Position numbers and translations under genes: made by a program
The notes under the pieces: generated by a model
Told to the model about the DNA's origin: nothing
Database searches by the model: none
The model's input: the letters and a program-made list of their open reading frames with translations, nothing else
Shown: one piece after another, positions 1-4,980 of the stretch
Numbering within the stretch: position 1 is the first letter of the stretch
Layout of the letters: each line of letters opens with the position of its first letter
Source of the DNA: a virus
Taxonomy: Duplodnaviria; Caudoviricetes
Strand: one strand, 5' to 3'
Length of the DNA: 24,854 nt
IMG/VR virus record: IMGVR_UViG_3300009095_000068
Span: 1 to 24,854 of that record

Positions 1-107
1 CCTCCTTCCCCCCGCCCCGCGTTGTTCAATCCGCCCCGCCGCGTGTCCGCGACGGGTGCGGTCCGTCACCGCCTTAAGCCCGCACCCGCCAGGAACCACG
101 TGGTCGG

Positions 108-368
108 TCATACAACACCCTGATTCGCCAAGATGCCGGCGGCGAGAGAGATGGCAGCGAGGTACGCCACCAGCGCCACGAAGTGTTCCGCCTCCTTTTC
201 GCCGGAATTGATTTCGTTGCTGAGCCACTCGATTGTTTCGGCCGGATGGATCTTCAAGGCCTCGACGATGCGTGCGACGGGAAGGATGTCGTCGCCCATG
301 CTTGCAACGATGTCTCGGATATTCGCCTTCGCTTGGTCGATCGCGGCCACTGCTTGCAGTGTGTTCAC
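108..368 (-). CDS. Hypothetical protein, 86 aa, hydrophobic C-terminus
   Basis: GTG start overlaps the upstream TGA (GTGA) and follows AGGAGG; MNTLQAVAAIDQAK...FVALVAYLAAISLAAGIL. Confidence 0.65.
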   Translation of the reverse strand: MNTLQAVAAIDQAKANIRDIVASMGDDILPVARIVEALKIHPAETIEWLSNEINSGEKEAEHFVALVAYLAAISLAAGILANQGVV

Positions 369-865
369 TCTGCACCTCCTGCCCCCACCCCCGCGCAGGC
401 GTCGCGGCCCGCGTCGGTGGGGGGGTCGTTGTTGATCGTCAGGGTGTGGTCGAAGTTGATGGCGTCGCCGCGGCGGAACCACCGGGCCGCCTCGACGCGG
501 ATCAGCACGGAGGTCAGCCCGTCATCCGTGAGCTGCGCCTGCCGCTCGCCAAACAGCCGAACCGCCGCGGAGTATGTCGCGTCCGTCATGACCACGATCT
601 GCGCGGCGTCGCGCAGGTACTGGTTCTGCCGGCGGAGCCGCGGCAGCCCGCCGACGATCCACGCCGGGCGGATCCAAAGGCGGTTGGGCTTTCGCTGCGT
701 CGTAAGGGCGACCCAGGCACTCCGGCCCTCGCACCGGCCGACACAGATGAACGGCCGAGTTTTGTCGGTGTTCGGCCCGGCTGGGTTCCAAGTGAGGAAC
801 GTGGACGCCGCGCGGAAGAACACCCGCGGGTCGAGGAACCGGATGGAGCCGGGGCGGATGCTCAC
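365..865 (-). CDS. Hypothetical protein, possible PemK/MazF-like fold
   Basis: GTGA coupling to the upstream ORF; motifs IRPGSIRFLD, DKTRPFICV and WVALTTQ resemble the PemK/MazF G-D/S-I, K-x-R-P and I/L-T-T/S motifs. Confidence 0.55.
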   Translation of the reverse strand: MSIRPGSIRFLDPRVFFRAASTFLTWNPAGPNTDKTRPFICVGRCEGRSAWVALTTQRKPNRLWIRPAWIVGGLPRLRRQNQYLRDAAQIVVMTDATYSAAVRLFGERQAQLTDDGLTSVLIRVEAARWFRRGDAINFDHTLTINNDPPTDAGRDACAGVGAGGAE

Positions 866-1062
866 GCCGACCTCCCCGGCAGCAGCCGCCGCAGAAGGTC
901 CTCGATGGCCCCTGGGGGGCCGGAAAAACTCACCGTGACCGTCGCCCCGTCATCCCAAGCGTCCGCCCCGGCCGCACGAGCCTTTTGGGGATCGCTGGCG
1001 ATTGCCACACCGCCGAGGGCGGCCGGGGCGGACGCTTGGGATGACGGGGCAGTTGATCCCAT
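862..1062 (-). CDS. Small hypothetical protein (66 aa) whose coding region contains the 32-bp inverted repeat
   Basis: ATG at 1062 lies just downstream of the leftward promoter candidate; stop overlaps the next start; weak RBS, so start uncertain. Confidence 0.4.
   Translation of the reverse strand: MGSTAPSSQASAPAALGGVAIASDPQKARAAGADAWDDGATVTVSFSGPPGAIEDLLRRLLPGRSA
944..1050. repeat. Perfect 32-bp inverted repeat with 43-bp spacer
   Basis: GCCCCGTCATCCCAAGCGTCCGCCCCGGCCGC (944-975) is the exact reverse complement of 1019-1050. Confidence 0.97.
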
Positions 1063-1089
1063 GCTCGTCTCGCTTGGTGTGGCGTTCTC

Positions 1090-1129
1090 ATTCTCGGCCT
1101 GCTGATAGCGTGGAGTCAAGGTTTTTTTC
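1090..1129 (-). promoter_or_regulatory. Candidate leftward sigma70 promoter
   Basis: Minus strand: A-tract, TTGACT (1119-1114), 18 nt, GAGAAT (1095-1090), in an AT-rich patch of a very GC-rich sequence. Confidence 0.5.
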
Positions 1130-1147
1130 TCAGATTCTGGCAAGTTT

Positions 1148-1180
1148 TTCGGAAGTCGTTGCAAGGCCACAACTTACGAA
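1148..1180. promoter_or_regulatory. Imperfect palindrome between the divergent promoters (operator- or recombinase-core-like)
   Basis: TTCGGAAGTCGT-N9-ACAACTTACGAA; arms match at 10/12 positions. Confidence 0.55.
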
Positions 1181-1238
1181 GAGGGGTCGGGGTCGATGTA
1201 CCGCTCCGGGGACGGCGGCGTGCGAAAACACCCATACG

Positions 1239-1283
1239 AACAGGGTGCGAACTAACGGGGTGCGAACTAACGGGGTGCGAACA
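1239..1283 (+). repeat. Three tandem 15-bp repeats AACRGGGTGCGAACW
   Basis: AACAGGGTGCGAACT / AACGGGGTGCGAACT / AACGGGGTGCGAACA; further GTGCGAA copies near 1220 and 1803. Confidence 0.93.
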
Positions 1284-1357
1284 CGGGGTTGAGGCAAAAA
1301 AAATTTTCGACAACGCTTGACAGCCCTTGCGACGATGATAAGATATGAGTGTGAGGG
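1267..1357 (+). promoter_or_regulatory. Strong sigma70-type promoter block, copy 1
   Basis: A-tract UP-like element, TTGACA (1317-1322), 16 nt, extended -10 TGnTAAGAT (1336-1344); block repeated at 1795-1883. Confidence 0.85.
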
Positions 1358-1410
1358 ACGGGGGCTCGACCGCGGAGGGCAGCGGAGTACCCCTCACGGA
1401 GGTATAGACC

Positions 1411-1710
1411 ATGACGACGACGATCAAGACCGTGCCGGTGACCACCGCTTCCAACAGCAACCCGGTCGCCTTCGTGCAGCCCAGGCACGCCGAGGGCACG
1501 GGCGACGCCTACCCCGATGGGTACTTCCCGGGCCGGTGGCTGGAGCCCGCGATCTACCGCCCGTTCAGCGACGACGAGGGGATCACTTGCCTCCGCGTCT
1601 ACCAGTTCAGCGATTCCGAGGTGGCCGAGGCGGGCGAGGATGCGTCGGCCCTGCCCTGGGATGACGATCACGTGATCGAGATCCGCATCACCGTCGGCCG
1701 CTTCGCCTGA
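1411..1710 (+). CDS. Array ORF1, small acidic hypothetical protein (99 aa)
   Basis: GGAGGT RBS, ATG, GC3-rich codons; first gene after promoter copy 1. Confidence 0.85.
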   Translation: MTTTIKTVPVTTASNSNPVAFVQPRHAEGTGDAYPDGYFPGRWLEPAIYRPFSDDEGITCLRVYQFSDSEVAEAGEDASALPWDDDHVIEIRITVGRFA

Positions 1711-1724
1711 CACTCATGGACCTT

Positions 1725-1790
1725 GGGGGGCTCCCCCCGCTCCCCTGCCGGGGAGCGTGAGGGATTCGCACCGTGGTGGGGACTTGGGAG
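1725..1790 (+). repeat. Inter-ORF spacer element, copy 1
   Basis: GGGGGGCTCCC, hairpin CGCTCCCC-TGCC-GGGGAGCG, then GGGATTCGCACC. Confidence 0.8.
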
Positions 1791-1794
1791 GACG

Positions 1795-1883
1795 CTAACA
1801 GGGTGCGAACACGGGTTGCGGCAAAAAAAGTTTCGACAACGCTTGACAACGCTTGCGACGATGCTAAGATATGGGTGTGGGGG
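1795..1883 (+). promoter_or_regulatory. Strong sigma70-type promoter block, copy 2
   Basis: About 10 differences from 1267-1357 over about 90 bp; TTGACA (1843-1848), 16 nt, TGcTAAGAT (1862-1870). Confidence 0.85.
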
Positions 1884-1902
1884 GAGAGACAGGAGGCCGA
1901 CC

Positions 1903-2196
1903 ATGAGGACCGACACCTACCGCGACTACGACCGGATCATCCCCGAGTCCGATCTGGAGCTTGCCGTCCTTGCGGAACTGGTGCGGCATCGGCTCCGCGT
2001 GTGGGAGGAGGGGACCGGCCGCACGCTCACCATCGTCTCAGTAGAGGACGGCATCTGGACCGTCGAAGAGAGCGAGGCGGACGCGTGGGCGATCGTCAAC
2101 GGCATCGACACCAAGCTGATCGGGGTCTGGCACGTTTGGGTCGCGCCGCCCAAAGGGGGACGCCCCGTCTCGGTGGAGAAGTGGCGGCTGGACTGA
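1903..2196 (+). CDS. Array ORF2, hypothetical protein (97 aa)
   Basis: AGGAGG RBS before ATG 1903 (MRTDTYRDYD...); follows promoter copy 2. Confidence 0.85.
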   Translation: MRTDTYRDYDRIIPESDLELAVLAELVRHRLRVWEEGTGRTLTIVSVEDGIWTVEESEADAWAIVNGIDTKLIGVWHVWVAPPKGGRPVSVEKWRLD

Positions 2197-2205
2197 CAAC
2201 GGCCC

Positions 2206-2285
2206 GGGCGGCTCCCGCGCCCGCCCCTTGATTGGGGCGGGGCGCGATTCGCACCGGGGGAGGGGGGTAAGGGAGACTGACGATG
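2206..2285 (+). repeat. Inter-ORF spacer element, copy 2
   Basis: GGCTCCC, hairpin CCGCCCC-TTGATT-GGGGCGG, GATTCGCACCGGGGG, G-run, AAGGGAGACTGACGATG. Confidence 0.85.
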
Positions 2286-2636
2286 ACCACCACGAAGAAG
2301 CTTCCCAGCGGGTTCTTTCGCCGTTACAACCCCAAGGCCGGTCGAGTCGTGAGCGTCACGCTTGATGGTGAGCGGGTCTGGGTCGCCTCGTTCTCTCGCG
2401 GCGTCTTGGTGGCTGAGGCAGCGTTCGCGCCCAAGCTCGGTGGGAACTTTGTCGATGCCCATGCCCGGACGATGGCCCTTTACGACACCGACCTCGGCCC
2501 GGCTTTCGTGAGCTTCGACCCCGCATGGCCGGAGGGGTCATGGGCCTTCTTTACCGACAGGAAGGCCGCGCACGATGCGTTTCAGACCACGGTTGCGGAC
2601 TACGAGAGGGCCGCGACATGGAAGCGGATCAAGTGA
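2283..2636 (+). CDS. Array ORF3, hypothetical protein (117 aa)
   Basis: GGGAG RBS supplied by the spacer; globular-looking composition. Confidence 0.85.
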   Translation: MTTTKKLPSGFFRRYNPKAGRVVSVTLDGERVWVASFSRGVLVAEAAFAPKLGGNFVDAHARTMALYDTDLGPAFVSFDPAWPEGSWAFFTDRKAAHDAFQTTVADYERAATWKRIK

Positions 2637-2644
2637 CCACCGCC

Positions 2645-2696
2645 GCTCCCCGGCCGCCCCTCACCGGGGGCGGTCGGGATTCGACCGGGGGCGGGG
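2645..2696 (+). repeat. Inter-ORF spacer element, copy 3
   Basis: GCTCCC, hairpin CCCGGCCGCCCC-TCACCG-GGGGCGGTCGGG, GATTCG-ACCGGGGG. Confidence 0.85.
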
Positions 2697-2748
2697 CTCG
2701 GATCGCCGGAGGGCAGGCGATGGGAGCCCGAAAGGGCAGGAGTAAGCC

Positions 2749-3132
2749 ATGACGACTGAAACGACCAGGTTGGACGGCGCGACTATCCGGGTTCTCACGC
2801 CGGATGGACGGGTGCTCTCGTGCCCGATGCTGCCCAATGACCCCGATTTGGACGTAAGCATCATCGAGGACGAGGAGACGGGCGAGGAGCGGGAGGAGCC
2901 TAGTCAGTTGTCCCGCATCGCCCGTTCCATCCGGGAGGGACTGGGCCTGGGACAGGATGATATCGCCGAGGCTCATGTTGTGGGTGAGCCCAATCCCGCC
3001 AGCATGGCCGAATGGGAGCGCGAACACGGCATCCTGTACGTCTGGGTGCCCAACAGTTATGAGATGCCGAGGACCGCCCGCCGCATCGCCGGGTTGGCGT
3101 GGGCCGATCCGATCCCCGCCCCGCGTGCCTGA
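2749..3132 (+). CDS. Array ORF4, acidic hypothetical protein (127 aa)
   Basis: AGGAG RBS; acidic tract IIEDEETGEEREEP. Confidence 0.85.
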   Translation: MTTETTRLDGATIRVLTPDGRVLSCPMLPNDPDLDVSIIEDEETGEEREEPSQLSRIARSIREGLGLGQDDIAEAHVVGEPNPASMAEWEREHGILYVWVPNSYEMPRTARRIAGLAWADPIPAPRA

Positions 3133-3162
3133 TACTCCTGCCCCCCGGGTGCCCGCGGCCCT

Positions 3163-3241
3163 GGGGGGCTCCCGGCCGCCCCTCGACGGGGGCGGCCGGG
3201 ATTCGCACTGGGGGGCGGGGGGGCAAGGGAGACCGACGATG
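3163..3241 (+). repeat. Inter-ORF spacer element, copy 4
   Basis: GGGGGGCTCCC, hairpin TCCCGGCCGCCCC-TCGACG-GGGGCGGCCGGGA, GATTCGCACTGGGGG, AAGGGAGACCGACGATG. Confidence 0.88.
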
Positions 3242-3502
3242 GCACGCCGCAAACATCCAAAGCCGACATACGAGGCTCACGTAGCCTCGCGCCGCGCTCG
3301 CGGGCTGGAGCCGATGACCGAAGAGGAGTGGCTGGCTAACCGCGAACGGGTGGCAGAGTCCCGCAGGCGACGCCGCGCTGCGCTGCGCGCGAAGCGGGAG
3401 ATGGAGATCTGCCCCACGTGCGGCGGCTACAAGTGGCATTCGATGATTGACCCGATTGTCACCCTCGATGACGACGAGCGCTGCGACTGCGGCCGCGACT
3501 GA
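3239..3502 (+). CDS. Array ORF5, basic protein with putative Zn site (87 aa)
   Basis: ATG supplied by the spacer (MARRKHPKP...); Arg-rich helix followed by CPTC...CDC. Confidence 0.8.
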   Translation: MARRKHPKPTYEAHVASRRARGLEPMTEEEWLANRERVAESRRRRRAALRAKREMEICPTCGGYKWHSMIDPIVTLDDDERCDCGRD

Positions 3503-3511
3503 ATCTCTTGC

Positions 3512-3544
3512 GGCGGGGTCGGGGGACAAAGGAGACCGACGATG
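3512..3544 (+). repeat. Spacer element 3' half (RBS part only), copy 5
   Basis: GGGGGACAAAGGAGACCGACGATG matches the end of copies 2 and 4. Confidence 0.75.
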
Positions 3545-3573
3545 ATCAGGACAACCCGAAGAGGAGGATGTAC

Positions 3574-3786
3574 TTGAACACAACGTCTAATACGCCGCAA
3601 CCCGTCCACCTCACCACGAAGGAAGTCGCCGCCAAGCTCGGCCTCAGCCCAGCCCGCGTGCGGCAACTCGCCGCGGAGCGGGGGGTGCGGCCCGCGGTGG
3701 ACCACCCACGGTTCAAGCTCTGGCACCCGAGTGTGGTTCGCCTGCTCTCGAAGCGGCGGCCGGTGGGGCGGCCGAGGGGGACGTAG
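3574..3786 (+). CDS. Small HTH DNA-binding protein (excisionase/MerR-like HTH) with a C-terminal AT-hook-like motif
   Basis: LTTKEVAAKLGLSPARVRQLA is HTH-like; RRPVGRPRG tail; TTG 3574 is 6 nt after GAGGAGG (alternative ATG at 3568). Confidence 0.85.
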   Translation: MNTTSNTPQPVHLTTKEVAAKLGLSPARVRQLAAERGVRPAVDHPRFKLWHPSVVRLLSKRRPVGRPRGT

Positions 3787-3954
3787 CGGCGCACGAAAGA
3801 GGGCCGGTGCGCCGTCGTCACCAGTTCCAGGCCCTATGCGTAACAGTCCCCGGCGGCGCGCAAGTGAACTCGCCACCGAGTCTGCCGGGGGGAGATGATC
3901 TCACGGCCATGCAGCCCGGAGCGTACTCCGGGTGATAGATACGAGGAGAACGCC

Positions 3955-4515
3955 ATGCTCACCGCCGCTTCGCTTACAGTTGTGTCGCTCGCCCTGACCG
4001 CCGGCCCCGGCACCACGCCCCCGCCCGGCCCCAACCACAGCATCCGCCCCTGCCCGGTCGGCCTGGTCCTGCACGATCCGCAACTCTACTGCGTGATCGA
4101 GGTCTCCCCGGCTGTCGAGCCCACCTTCCAGCCGGCGGGAACGGCGGTCGCGTGGGAATCCGGGGCGATGACCGACCATCTCTGGGTCTGGCGTGGCACC
4201 CTCATCGGCGCGCCCTACTCCGGTCACACGGTCGTGGTCCTGCCCATCGGGTCCGTCGTCAGCATCCACCTGTACCACGGCGGGGGCCTCTTCGGCCCCT
4301 GGCTCAACGGCCACACCGTCCGCCCCGGCGACTGGAACCTCGACGGCCAGGTCAACTCGGACGACATCAGCGCGTTCCTCCGCGACTGGCTGGCCGCCCC
4401 TCAGGGCCCACAGGCGATCACCGGCGAGGTGAGCCGCGGCGACTACAACCTCGATGGCTGGGTCAACCCCGCCGACATCTCGGCGTTCATCGAAGGCTGG
4501 CTGGGGTCGGTGTAG
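3955..4515 (+). CDS. Putative exported protein with C-terminal dockerin-like (EF-hand-like) repeat pair
   Basis: AGGAG RBS; hydrophobic N-terminus and Pro-rich linker; GDWNLDGQVNSDDISAFLRDW and GDYNLDGWVNPADISAFIEGW. Confidence 0.85.
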   Translation: MLTAASLTVVSLALTAGPGTTPPPGPNHSIRPCPVGLVLHDPQLYCVIEVSPAVEPTFQPAGTAVAWESGAMTDHLWVWRGTLIGAPYSGHTVVVLPIGSVVSIHLYHGGGLFGPWLNGHTVRPGDWNLDGQVNSDDISAFLRDWLAAPQGPQAITGEVSRGDYNLDGWVNPADISAFIEGWLGSV

Positions 4516-4970
4516 CCGTCACCACTTCCCCTGCGGGCGCCGCTCGGACGCCCCCGCACCCGCTTCCACCACCGCCGCGCGGCCATCCACGCGAGCTTGC
4601 CCTGCAACCAGCAGCCGCACCCCATCAGCGGACCCGACAGCGGCGGGGGCTCCGGCCCCTCGTGCCACTCGGTCAGCCTGCGCCGCCACCACCGCCAGCG
4701 GTACAGCCACGCGAGCGGGGCCGGGTGCCCGATCCAATCGAGCCCGGCCCACTCGACAACGCCGTCCTTATCCGGGTGGCGACCGATCGGGCACGACGCC
4801 ATCCCCCGCACCGTCAGGTACACCGGCTGGCCGGAGACCCCGCAGTTGGTCGCCGGGTCCTCGGGGTGGCCGGTCAGGTGCGGGCACGTGACGCACATGA
4901 ACGCGAGCGTCCTCAGCCGCCGGGAGTCCGGCGGGGCCACGCTCTTTCGATTCCCACACCCGCACGCCAT
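4443..4970 (-). CDS. Cys/Trp/Arg-rich hypothetical protein (175 aa), last gene of the tail operon
   Basis: GAGGAGG RBS; MACGCG start, CVTC, CPIG and GCGC motifs; 3' end overlaps the convergent dockerin gene by 73 bp. Confidence 0.7.
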   Translation of the reverse strand: MACGCGNRKSVAPPDSRRLRTLAFMCVTCPHLTGHPEDPATNCGVSGQPVYLTVRGMASCPIGRHPDKDGVVEWAGLDWIGHPAPLAWLYRWRWWRRRLTEWHEGPEPPPLSGPLMGCGCWLQGKLAWMAARRWWKRVRGRPSGARRGSGDGYTDPSQPSMNAEMSAGLTQPSRL

Positions 4971-4980
4971 CTCGCCCTCC

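Noticed and set aside
1-111. Short minus-strand ORF and CGGGTGCGG/CCGCACCCG hairpin at the left edge
   Set aside because: Truncated by the window with uninformative composition; a 9-bp GC stem is weak evidence at this GC content.
1738-3201. Spacer hairpins as intrinsic terminators
   Set aside because: No U-tract on either side; they are followed by G-rich sequence and an RBS.
1761-3209. tRNA fragments / att sites (GGGATTCGCACC resembles the reverse complement of the T-arm GGTTCGAATCCC)
   Set aside because: The invariant TTC is TGC, the T-stem does not pair, and there is no cloverleaf or CCA.
1725-3544. CRISPR array
   Set aside because: Repeats are degenerate and separated by 260-390 bp protein-coding ORFs, not 30-40 bp spacers; no cas genes.
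1267-3544. Classical integron attC sites
   Set aside because: Spacers lack RYYYAAC/GTTRRRY ends; the CTAAC...GTT pair in the promoter block is far too short; no IntI gene in the window.
4324-4491. Diversity-generating retroelement TR/VR pair
   Set aside because: The repeat is the two in-frame dockerin halves, differences are not adenine-specific, and there is no reverse transcriptase.
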